64,000 bases of DNA from an uncultured Oscillospiraceae bacterium (GTDB lineage Bacteria; Bacillota; Clostridia; RUG12999). The notes under the pieces were generated by a model. That model worked only from the letters and a program-made list of their open reading frames with translations. It had not been told where the DNA came from and searched no databases. This document shows positions 7,956-16,721 of the stretch, piece by piece. How positions within the stretch are numbered: position 1 is the first letter of the stretch; each line of letters starts with the position of its first letter. The translations under genes and the position numbers were made by a program. The stretch spans positions 2,977 through 66,976 of the forward strand of contig CAYQKW010000003.1 in the NCBI GenBank assembly GCA_964418245.1. The letters are read 5' to 3'.

Positions 7956-10900
7956 CTATTTTATTAAAATTGTATCAACAATTTTAATCACTTCGCCGCG
8001 CGTTGCACATCCAAAAGGTTTTATTCCCTCGCCGTCGCCATGTATAAGTCCGCTGTTCCACGCACGGTTTAATGCATTGTAGCACCGATATGTTGCAGAT
8101 GTCAAATCCATCGGCGGTTCCGACGCACCATTCCCTTCCGGAACCATTTCCGCATAATCTGCCATAGCCATAATGCACGTTATCATATCTTCCCTTGTCA
8201 TAAAGCTGTTCGGGTTGAAATTTTCCGTTATATAAGCCGGGAGAATATTATTTTTAATTACATAATCGACTTCGTCCGAATATTCTTCGGATATATCCGT
8301 CTCAGATTTTTTAAGTTTTATAACTCGTGTAACGATTTTAATCATTTCATCGTAAGTGATATTATCGTCCGGACGAACATTTGCATTGCCGTCGCCTTTT
8401 ATTATTCCGACTGCCGCAAGATGTGCCGCATAATCTCTCACCCAATGATTCACGGTATCCGCAAAAATTACGTTATCCGGATTGTTATCCGATACCGTAA
8501 CATCGAACTCAAACGGTTCCATATCCGCAGCGGTATAAACCGTAAGTTTATAATCGCCCGCCATTTTTGACGTATCTATATCCAGATTATAAGTATAATC
8601 ATCGTTTATACCGGTTGTGAAAATTTCACTCTTTCCGTTTTCTCCGAGTATTTTCACAAACATCTTTTCAACATATTCAAACGGCATAAGTCCGCTTATG
8701 TTTATCATTCCGGTTTCTTCGTTATACTCGGTTTCGCAAGTCATGTCGCTTAAGAGATATTTTATAACACTCTGACCGAGCCATGTTGCACCGTTCACGG
8801 TTGTCATCGGAATATAAAGCATTCCGCTTTCTTCGTTCCAAACAGAGCCTGCCGCTTCCATTTTCTCATTAATACCGAAATTCACCGTTATATACTTTTG
8901 TTCCGGATTTTGCATAACCACTTCATATCCGCTGGCGATTTTACGCACCATTATCATACACGGTCTGTCTACACTGATTTTTTTGGAATCGCCAAATTCC
9001 AGTTCGCCCGCTTTTCTGAATACCGCCTGAAGAACTTCGCATTCGGGATGATAAACCGCCTGTACTTCGGTGTCGTTACGCAATATCTGGACTTTCGGTG
9101 CTTTTGCATATTCCGCAACATATTCCATGTTTTCGCCCGGAACCAAAATATATGTGTATGTACCGCCTTTTGGATTTGTTCCGTGTTCTATACCGGCACT
9201 GAACACTTCTTTTGTTACATACGGTTCTCTTTCGTCGCCTATTCTTAAGCCGTTACCTGTTTGACTTTTGTTTGCAAACGAAATTGTTTGTTCTCCGGGT
9301 GTGATATATCCTATATTATCATGATATACCCATTCCGCATTTTCCACCGTAAGTTTTGTTTCCTTTTCAAGCGTTTTAACTTCGCCGCCCACACTGTAGC
9401 TAACATCACCGTCAAGATTACATTGGTTCATGGAAGTATACAGCGGATTTGCCGAAACACTTTTTATTCCGGCACCGAGTGCCACCACTTCGTCATCGAA
9501 AAAGAAATATGATTTTTTTGCATCAACTTCGCCGTATGTATCGGAGTAGTCCGATGCCGCAAAGCCGTATTCTCCGTCCGAGGCAACGCCGTGGAAGCTG
9601 TTATATCCGTAGTTTATGTTATTTCCGTATGCGTTTGTCGGTAATTCCGGTACGTTATCGTCCGACTGAACGGCGGTAAGTCCCGGTATTCTGTCCCAAT
9701 CCCACACTTTCGGCACGTCTATATATTCTTGTCCGTCGGTGAAAATTGCAAGTCCGTTACCCATATAATATTGGTTGTTTCCGTCCAAATTCAATTTTTC
9801 ACTTCTGAGCAAACGATTTGACGTACTTTTGCTTGAAGCATAGAATTTTTCACGGTGATGCGACATGAAATCACTGTTCCAATATGCCTTGTTACCCGTT
9901 ACATAACTGTGTGATTTTTCTGTATCGTTTAAAACGGCATCTCTCAATGCGATGAGTTCGTCACGTCTGGGCATTGTGGGTTCTTCGAGTAATCCGTTTA
10001 TGTAATATACAAGATATTGTTCACGTGTTCCGTTTCCTCTTTCCAAAGTACGACCAAGCGACCAAAATTCGGCTCCCTCACCTCTTCTTGACCATGCAAA
10101 GGAATCAAGCACCATATCTGCCAAAACCTGAAGTTTTTCCACCGGTGCGGCAAATTCCGTTCCGGCAGCATATTTCAATATAGGCAATACACCGTTCATC
10201 CACTGGTTGCCGTATCCTCTCAAATAAAGCATTTCCCCGTGTGCCAAATATGTGCCGTCCGGATATATTCCTTGTCCCATATAATGGCTTTTGTCCTGTC
10301 TGTCCAATATTGGCGATGCACTTTCGCCGTCCTCATAACTCGCAATACCGTCACCATAGGTTTTCCAATCGTTTGTACATTCTTCAAACATCATTCTGAG
10401 CGTATCTTCTTCGTTATATATAGCCGCAATATACCGCCACATTGTTGCCGTAACCGTTATGTTGTTGTTTGCTGTACAGAATCGATATGCTCCGTTTTCA
10501 CGTTCTTCCCATTTTCTGAAATACCATTCTCTTGCTCTTGAAAGAACATTGCTCGGAATTTCAATTCCTTCCTCCATCAATGTACATATTATTTCTCCCA
10601 GAACAGTAGGATATGCAATCCAATCGTCCCAGCCGCTGTTGCCGGCTCCGACATCGTCAAACTCCGCAAGACAAAAATACTCAAGCGATTTTCTTATTTT
10701 TTTAAGCAATTCCGCATTATGATAATTTTCCGTACTCGGTGCAACATAGCTACTCACAAGCGACGACAAACGTGCCAGGTGCGTTGCTCTGCCCTGCGGT
10801 TCCGCATAGTTTACATCTGAAAACGTGCCGTTATCCTGCAACAGTTTAACAAATTCCGGGTCATATGTTTTTACATAATAAGTATTACCGGCGGAATTTA

Positions 10901-11024
10901 CATACGACTGCCACACATCGGCTCTGATACGCTGTGAAATAATCTCCACATCGCTTTCCGCAAAAACCGGAACTGCGGACAAACACATTAATACCGTCAG
11001 CAATAATCCTATAATTTTTTTCAC
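7956..11024 (-). CDS. secreted polysaccharide lyase family 8-like enzyme with three C-terminal SLH cell-wall anchoring repeats
   Basis: Start set to GTG 11024 (GGAGG 9 nt upstream; signal peptide VKKIIGLLLTVLMCLSAVPVFAES). The ORF-track extension to 11090 overlaps the upstream gene. PL8 catalytic His/Tyr block YPDGTYLAHGEMLYLRGYGNQW (His-x8-Tyr-Gly as in hyaluronate, chondroitin AC and xanthan lyases) plus WDWDRIPGLTAVQ. C-terminal SLH repeats start at FADTVNHWVRDYAAHLAAVGIIKGDG and DLTSATYRCYNALNRAWNSGLIHGDG. Confidence 0.8.
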   Translation of the reverse strand: MKKIIGLLLTVLMCLSAVPVFAESDVEIISQRIRADVWQSYVNSAGNTYYVKTYDPEFVKLLQDNGTFSDVNYAEPQGRATHLARLSSLVSSYVAPSTENYHNAELLKKIRKSLEYFCLAEFDDVGAGNSGWDDWIAYPTVLGEIICTLMEEGIEIPSNVLSRAREWYFRKWEERENGAYRFCTANNNITVTATMWRYIAAIYNEEDTLRMMFEECTNDWKTYGDGIASYEDGESASPILDRQDKSHYMGQGIYPDGTYLAHGEMLYLRGYGNQWMNGVLPILKYAAGTEFAAPVEKLQVLADMVLDSFAWSRRGEGAEFWSLGRTLERGNGTREQYLVYYINGLLEEPTMPRRDELIALRDAVLNDTEKSHSYVTGNKAYWNSDFMSHHREKFYASSKSTSNRLLRSEKLNLDGNNQYYMGNGLAIFTDGQEYIDVPKVWDWDRIPGLTAVQSDDNVPELPTNAYGNNINYGYNSFHGVASDGEYGFAASDYSDTYGEVDAKKSYFFFDDEVVALGAGIKSVSANPLYTSMNQCNLDGDVSYSVGGEVKTLEKETKLTVENAEWVYHDNIGYITPGEQTISFANKSQTGNGLRIGDEREPYVTKEVFSAGIEHGTNPKGGTYTYILVPGENMEYVAEYAKAPKVQILRNDTEVQAVYHPECEVLQAVFRKAGELEFGDSKKISVDRPCMIMVRKIASGYEVVMQNPEQKYITVNFGINEKMEAAGSVWNEESGMLYIPMTTVNGATWLGQSVIKYLLSDMTCETEYNEETGMINISGLMPFEYVEKMFVKILGENGKSEIFTTGINDDYTYNLDIDTSKMAGDYKLTVYTAADMEPFEFDVTVSDNNPDNVIFADTVNHWVRDYAAHLAAVGIIKGDGNANVRPDDNITYDEMIKIVTRVIKLKKSETDISEEYSDEVDYVIKNNILPAYITENFNPNSFMTREDMITCIMAMADYAEMVPEGNGASEPPMDLTSATYRCYNALNRAWNSGLIHGDGEGIKPFGCATRGEVIKIVDTILIK

Positions 11025-11025
11025 G

Positions 11026-12285
11026 TTAATATACCTCCGTTCCCTCAATAGCTCCGTTCGATATATCCGCCGTAAACGCCGCATATGCAAGACTTAAATC
11101 TCCGTCGAACACAAACACTTTGATTTTTCCGCTCTGCGGTATGTTTTCCGTAAGCGTTATTTCTTTTGCCGTATCGTACGCAAGTTCTTCTTTGATTGAT
11201 TTTACATCCGCAAGCATACCGTCGGAATTATAGGTACACACAGTAAACACTGCCGTACGGTTTTCCGGCCAGCTGCTCGTGATATTGATTTTGCCGTCGG
11301 CACTTATATCACCGAATTTATACAGCGGTTGATTTTTTGTGAAGAAGCTTATATCCTCCGCATCATATTTAAGGCTGCCGTCCTCCGACAAAAGCCCGGT
11401 CATCACAACAATGTAATTTCTGCCGTATTCCAACTCATTTTCAGGCACAACGGTTACGTTTTTGCCCTCTGCCGAAACAGCTGCAGAAACAACTTCATCA
11501 TTGTCTTTTTTCAATATTACATTTGTTTTTGCACTTTCCGCATCAACAGTGTGCGAAAATTCCAGTTTTATTTCTTCCGTGTTTTGCGGAATTACATCTC
11601 CGGATTTAACGCTTGAATCCTTAACCGTAATTCTGTCCATTACATATGTTCTGTAATGTCCCATATATGCAACATCGGCATTATCCACAGAATTGTTCTG
11701 CCCGTTTTTGATTTCCAGCCAAGTTCTCACATTTTCCACACTTGTGGTATCATTCGGTTTTGTTTTGGTTTGAATTTCTCCGTCAATATACAGTTCGTGA
11801 GGTTTTATGCCGGAAACTTTGCTACCTGCGATAGTTGTGTTTTCCATATCCAGTACATAAGTTATTCTGTGCCATTCGTTCTGCGTGATTGAAATTGCAC
11901 CGTAACCGGTTACGGTTATCGCATTTCCGTTATATGTAATTGTGTTGTTTTCAAAAATTCTGAGAGGTGCGATGAGTTTTTTTGTTCCTTTAAGCGTGAA
12001 ATCCAAAACAATATATTTTTCATTCGCATAACTTTTAAGTGACGTTCCGTCAAAACACGGATGTTTTGAATTTCGGCTCGTATCGAAAACCGCTGTATCT
12101 TCCTCAAAAATCGGCAATTGCTGCCAAGACTTTGTCGGCTTGTCGTTTTCCGCCTCGGTAAAACTCCAGTTATCTATGTAATATGCCACCGGGAACAGTT
12201 CCGTATCATCATCCGCAACCTCTGCGTATACCATACCCGTACATAACATTACCGCTATTATAATTATCGAAAAAATCTTTTTCAA
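11026..12285 (-). CDS. secreted protein: one jelly-roll-like domain + Ig-like domain + shared C-terminal module; function unknown
   Basis: TTG start overlapping the upstream stop (TTGA), with AAGGATGG RBS. Signal peptide MKKIFSIIIIAVMLCTGMVYAE. Domain with YYIDNWSF ... AYMGHYRTY (aa 29-216) matches the repeats in the two upstream genes. The Ig-like segment resembles SbsA-type domains. The C-terminus (FTVCTYNSDGMLADVKS...KIKVFVFDG) matches the module at the ends of three other proteins. Confidence 0.7.
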   Translation of the reverse strand: MKKIFSIIIIAVMLCTGMVYAEVADDDTELFPVAYYIDNWSFTEAENDKPTKSWQQLPIFEEDTAVFDTSRNSKHPCFDGTSLKSYANEKYIVLDFTLKGTKKLIAPLRIFENNTITYNGNAITVTGYGAISITQNEWHRITYVLDMENTTIAGSKVSGIKPHELYIDGEIQTKTKPNDTTSVENVRTWLEIKNGQNNSVDNADVAYMGHYRTYVMDRITVKDSSVKSGDVIPQNTEEIKLEFSHTVDAESAKTNVILKKDNDEVVSAAVSAEGKNVTVVPENELEYGRNYIVVMTGLLSEDGSLKYDAEDISFFTKNQPLYKFGDISADGKINITSSWPENRTAVFTVCTYNSDGMLADVKSIKEELAYDTAKEITLTENIPQSGKIKVFVFDGDLSLAYAAFTADISNGAIEGTEVY

Positions 12286-15200
12286 CTTATACCATCCTTT
12301 CCTTTTGGAAAAATAACCGATGCCGTTCTCGGAAGATTATGATTTCCATCGCTCCACACAAACATTTTTATGCTGCACGAAGAATTGATTGCTTCCGCTT
12401 TCGGAATTTTAACATTTATATCGGCAGCCGTTTTGCCTTGCAGCGTATATTTATTTTCCGTTACGCTTAACAATTTTCCGCTTTTATCATACACTGCCGT
12501 ATATAGTTTTATATTTTCGCCGTTATCGCTGTATAATTTTATTTCGGCTTCCATATTGCCGCCGCAAAGTTCGGAAATTAAATTCCCGTCATCATTCCTC
12601 ACGGAAAGCGGATATACGGCAATATCCGTTCCCGTTTCCGTATATACATCCGTAACGCTTTGTCCGGCATAAAGTCCCGTTCGGTTTGTAACGGTTGTTT
12701 CGCTCATGCCGTTTTCTTCGTTATACGTCATATTATTCAATCTTTTATTTATTGCAAACTTAACCGAAATATTTTCGTTTTCGGGATTTTGCATCGTTAT
12801 CTGATATGCGCCGTTTATTTTTCTCACCATGACTATGCAGGGTCTATCGACGCTTATTTTTAATCCGTTTTCGGTTTCCACCGTGCCGTTTTCATAGAAT
12901 ACGGCTTGAAGAATATCGGATTTTTTATTGTATACTGCTTGAATTTTGCTTGTGTTCATGCAGATTTCAATATTGTTTTCGTTTTTATATTTCAAAAATT
13001 CTTCTTTTGATTTACCCGGAACCGCTATATAAGCGTAATTTCCATCATCTGACTTATTATTAATCGTCAGGCTGAATATGTTGCGTGTATAAGATTTTCC
13101 GGAAGAATGCGAAACACCGTTTCTCATTCCGTTACCTGTCTGTGCCTTATCCGATATGCAGATATTCTGACCGTTCGGCAGTATATATCCTATATTCGCA
13201 TGATGTACCCATTCAACGTTATCCGCCGTATATTCCGTTTGTTTCTCAAGCATTTTTTCTTTTCCGTTTTCTCCGTATATAACGTTTCCGTCCAATATAC
13301 TCTGATTTACGGAAGTTGCTATTTCGCCCTCGGCACCATCATCAAGTGATATTCCCGCTCCGAGTGCAACAATTTCGTCATCAAACATAAACCACGCTTT
13401 TTTTGCGTTTACACCTGTCTGTTTAACGTGATAATCCATTGCGGACACACCGTAATATCCGTCTGAAGCACCGCCCGAAAAACTTTTTTCACCGAAACAT
13501 TCGCTTTCGGAAAGCTCCGCAATTGCAGGCACATCTCCGTCCGTCTGTACCGCCGTAATACCCGGAAGTCTGTCCCAATCGAATACGGGAAGCACCTCCT
13601 CATATTCTTTGCCGGTTACATAAAGCTGAAGTTGTCCGTCCGACATATAAAAATTGTTTGTTCCGTTTTCGCCCAAAGTTTCGCTTTTTAATGTGCGGTT
13701 ACTTGTTAGTTTGACTGCCGCAAAATATCCGTCCCTGTGATGTGCCGTAATATCGCTCGTCCAATAATGGCGGTTACCTCGCACATAACTTTGCTCCTTG
13801 TTTTCCTCCAATTCCGTCAAAAGCTGTTCCAGCTCCGCTTTTCTCGGAATATTCGGTTCTTCAAGCAGATATTTGCAAAACAGTTTCAAATCCGTGCTTG
13901 CACCGTTTGTTCCTTTACCGCTCGACACAGCATTTGTGATACTTCTTTGCAGCCCCGTATATTCACTGTTTGAACCTCGCATAAGCCAGCGATAATTTTC
14001 GAGCAAAAATCCAGACATCTGCGAAAGTTCCTCTGCCGTGAACTGCCTTTGCGTTCCTACGGCATATTTTATGTATCTGCAAGTTCCGCCCAGCATAAGC
14101 TGTCTGCCGTATCCAAATGTATAATGCATGGGACCGTGTTCAATATAACTCCAATCGGGATAGAGTCCGCTGCCGAAATAGCTTTTACCACGCACTTCGG
14201 TATATCCCGTTTCATTATCTTCAACACCGTATTCTCCGCCGTCCGTATGGTTATATGTGCCTTTTAACACATTATCGTAAATCAAATCAATATATTTTGT
14301 ATCGTCAAACACAATTGCAAGATATTGCCATATTGATGCTGTTGTGGAACAATTTGAAAGTGCATAACAAAATGTTTTTGCATTGCCGTCCGCCCTGTGG
14401 CACAAGTCGAACCAATATGTATCGGCTTCATACAATATATCTTTTGGAATATCCACACCCGAAATAACAAGATAATACATTGATTGTGCCAACTGCGACG
14501 GTACGTTCATCCAAAGGTCCCAACCGCCGGATGTTCCCACAGTGTTTATTTTATATTCTTTACTTGCAAAAAACCTTAATGCTTCAAGTGTCTTTTCAAG
14601 CAATGTTTCATCTTTGAAAAAAAACGATTTTTCGTATGCATAAGCTCTGCTCATCTCTGCCGTGCGTGTTATATGTGTCATTCTGTCCACAGCCGATGTG
14701 TAATTCAAATCCGAAAACGTTCCGTCCGCAGATACGCTGCCGATATATTCGGAAACAGCCGTATCATCGGAAGAATTCGGTTTTAAATCTTCTTTTATTC
14801 GTTCAAGTATTATTCTTTTATCCGCTTCAAGTTTTGCCGCCGTTTCGGCATCCGTTTTAACCGGAGGTTCTGCCGCAAGCGGAAGATAAATACGCAGATA
14901 ATCCATATACATTTCAACTGTGCCTGCCGTTGAATGATTCTGTACTATAATCATTTTGCGGTTATTGTTGAACATGGCACTGTCCATTTCCTTATTCAGC
15001 TTATATTCCGTATTGTTTATTGTGATTGATTTTATAAGTTTTTCGCCCAAATTCATTTTGACTTTTATATCATACCACATATTTTCTTCAACGGCATATC
15101 CAGTGTTGCTTATTGTTGCCGCAGAGTTTCCGCTGCTCGGAGTTATTGCGAAAAGCGTCATGAAATATTCCGTTGCAAGTCCCAATCCGCCGGTAAACTT

Positions 15201-16625
15201 TATTGACGTTTCAAAAACCATTTCACCGCTTTCGCCCTTCCATAAATAAGGAACTTCAAATCCCGTGTTTACATCGTTTTCCGATACGGAAAATTTTGCG
15301 GCGGTTTTATCCTCATAAAATACGGTTTCGGGGAACTCGGAAAATGCCTTAAGTTCATACGGAATACGGTAAAAATCCGCATTCACAAGATATTTATCGG
15401 CATTATAGCTTGTATATATTTTATAATAATCCATATACACCGCTTCTTCCGTTTCGGACGGTTCTATAAAATTACGGCGATTGGAAATTGATAGGGTGTC
15501 CGTGTTTTGCGGAAGATATTCTCTGCCGTTCACAATGAGTTTCACGGGTTTGATATTTTCCGCACTATCGCCCGTTACGATTTTTTCACTCATATCCATA
15601 ATGAGAACAACTGTATGCCACCGTCCTGCGGTTGCCGATATTGGATTAAATCCTTTTACATTCAGAGTATCGCCGTTATATTTTATTTGATTTGCATCGA
15701 GCAGATGCAATGTTTTATTCATTTTCTTTTCGGCTTTCACACGTGTTTCAAAAACTGCGTAACCGCCATCTTTGTTCACCCAATTTTTAGGTATAAACCC
15801 CGTGTTTGCACCGTTTGCATAAGCATTGAATTTAACGGTTCCGTCCTTTATACGTTCGGGAAGTACGTTGAATGCCGTTTTCGGCATATCTTCGTCCGTG
15901 TCGAATTTTATGTTTTCAATCATTTCAACCACCGGATATGCTTCTCGATTTTCGTCTGCGGAATCGTATTTTTCGTCATATACCGTATATGTTTTAAAAT
16001 AATCCATATAAAGTATATCTCCGTTTTTTGCCAAAACATCATTTTCCTTTAACGGTTCAATGAAATTTCGTCTGTCTTTCAGTGTCATTGTATCGTTATT
16101 TGAAGGTGTATATTCACTGCCGTTCACGGTTAGGCTTATCGGTTTTATATTTGATACCGTGTTTCCCGTTACTACTTTTTGGCTTATATCGAGTATAAGC
16201 CGTATTTCATGCCATTCACCTACAGTGAGCGATATTTTGTCAAATCCTTTAACATTGAGCTGCGAGCCTTTGTAATATATTTGAGCTGTATCGAGTATGC
16301 GGAACGGATTTTTCATATCCTGTTCGGCTTTCAGGCGTGTTTCCAAAACAACAAGGTCGTTTTGAATATCCGACCAGCCCGAAATTATAAATCCCGTGTT
16401 CTTTCCGTTTTTGTTCGGGTCAAATTTTCCGGCAACAACTCCGTCTTTGGTTACAAGTTCCGGCAATACCGAAAAAGGAGTTCCGGGTGAATCGTTCACC
16501 GACGAAAAATCCCAGTTATCTATATATTCGCCGACAGGATATTCCGTTTTCTGTGCGTACACACCGAACATCGGTATGAAAACCGCTATCAGCAATATTG
16601 AAAATATTTTTTTCAATTTTCTCAT
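12282..16625 (-). CDS. secreted multidomain PL8-like polysaccharide lyase: three N-terminal jelly-roll-like repeats + PL8 core + shared C-terminal module (no SLH)
   Basis: Signal peptide MRKLKKIFSILLIAVFIPMFGVYAQ. Repeats at aa 28-215, 229-407 and 411-581 (EYIDNWDF...LYMDYFKTY; ...VYMDYYKIY; ...MYMDYLRIY). PL8 block LYPDWSYIEHGPMHYTFGYGRQL and FDWDRLPGITAVQ. C-terminal LYTAVYDKSGKLLSV...SIKMFVWSDG. Confidence 0.8.
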   Translation of the reverse strand: MRKLKKIFSILLIAVFIPMFGVYAQKTEYPVGEYIDNWDFSSVNDSPGTPFSVLPELVTKDGVVAGKFDPNKNGKNTGFIISGWSDIQNDLVVLETRLKAEQDMKNPFRILDTAQIYYKGSQLNVKGFDKISLTVGEWHEIRLILDISQKVVTGNTVSNIKPISLTVNGSEYTPSNNDTMTLKDRRNFIEPLKENDVLAKNGDILYMDYFKTYTVYDEKYDSADENREAYPVVEMIENIKFDTDEDMPKTAFNVLPERIKDGTVKFNAYANGANTGFIPKNWVNKDGGYAVFETRVKAEKKMNKTLHLLDANQIKYNGDTLNVKGFNPISATAGRWHTVVLIMDMSEKIVTGDSAENIKPVKLIVNGREYLPQNTDTLSISNRRNFIEPSETEEAVYMDYYKIYTSYNADKYLVNADFYRIPYELKAFSEFPETVFYEDKTAAKFSVSENDVNTGFEVPYLWKGESGEMVFETSIKFTGGLGLATEYFMTLFAITPSSGNSAATISNTGYAVEENMWYDIKVKMNLGEKLIKSITINNTEYKLNKEMDSAMFNNNRKMIIVQNHSTAGTVEMYMDYLRIYLPLAAEPPVKTDAETAAKLEADKRIILERIKEDLKPNSSDDTAVSEYIGSVSADGTFSDLNYTSAVDRMTHITRTAEMSRAYAYEKSFFFKDETLLEKTLEALRFFASKEYKINTVGTSGGWDLWMNVPSQLAQSMYYLVISGVDIPKDILYEADTYWFDLCHRADGNAKTFCYALSNCSTTASIWQYLAIVFDDTKYIDLIYDNVLKGTYNHTDGGEYGVEDNETGYTEVRGKSYFGSGLYPDWSYIEHGPMHYTFGYGRQLMLGGTCRYIKYAVGTQRQFTAEELSQMSGFLLENYRWLMRGSNSEYTGLQRSITNAVSSGKGTNGASTDLKLFCKYLLEEPNIPRKAELEQLLTELEENKEQSYVRGNRHYWTSDITAHHRDGYFAAVKLTSNRTLKSETLGENGTNNFYMSDGQLQLYVTGKEYEEVLPVFDWDRLPGITAVQTDGDVPAIAELSESECFGEKSFSGGASDGYYGVSAMDYHVKQTGVNAKKAWFMFDDEIVALGAGISLDDGAEGEIATSVNQSILDGNVIYGENGKEKMLEKQTEYTADNVEWVHHANIGYILPNGQNICISDKAQTGNGMRNGVSHSSGKSYTRNIFSLTINNKSDDGNYAYIAVPGKSKEEFLKYKNENNIEICMNTSKIQAVYNKKSDILQAVFYENGTVETENGLKISVDRPCIVMVRKINGAYQITMQNPENENISVKFAINKRLNNMTYNEENGMSETTVTNRTGLYAGQSVTDVYTETGTDIAVYPLSVRNDDGNLISELCGGNMEAEIKLYSDNGENIKLYTAVYDKSGKLLSVTENKYTLQGKTAADINVKIPKAEAINSSCSIKMFVWSDGNHNLPRTASVIFPKGKDGIS

Positions 16626-16673
16626 CCTTTCCTTTTTTTCGGTTTATGCCGAAACTGACATATAATCATTGTC

Positions 16674-16695
16674 GGGCGGACAGGGTCGTCCGCCC
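16674..16695. repeat. GC-rich hairpin repeat, copy 2 (same element, oriented on the minus strand)
   Basis: GGGCGGAC-AGGGTC-GTCCGCCC on +, which is GGGCGGAC-GACCCT-GTCCGCCC on -. Lies in the 96-nt gap between the 962-aa and 1447-aa genes. Confidence 0.7.
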
Positions 16696-16721
16696 CACGT
16701 TTTTATTTTTCGCTTATGCGA

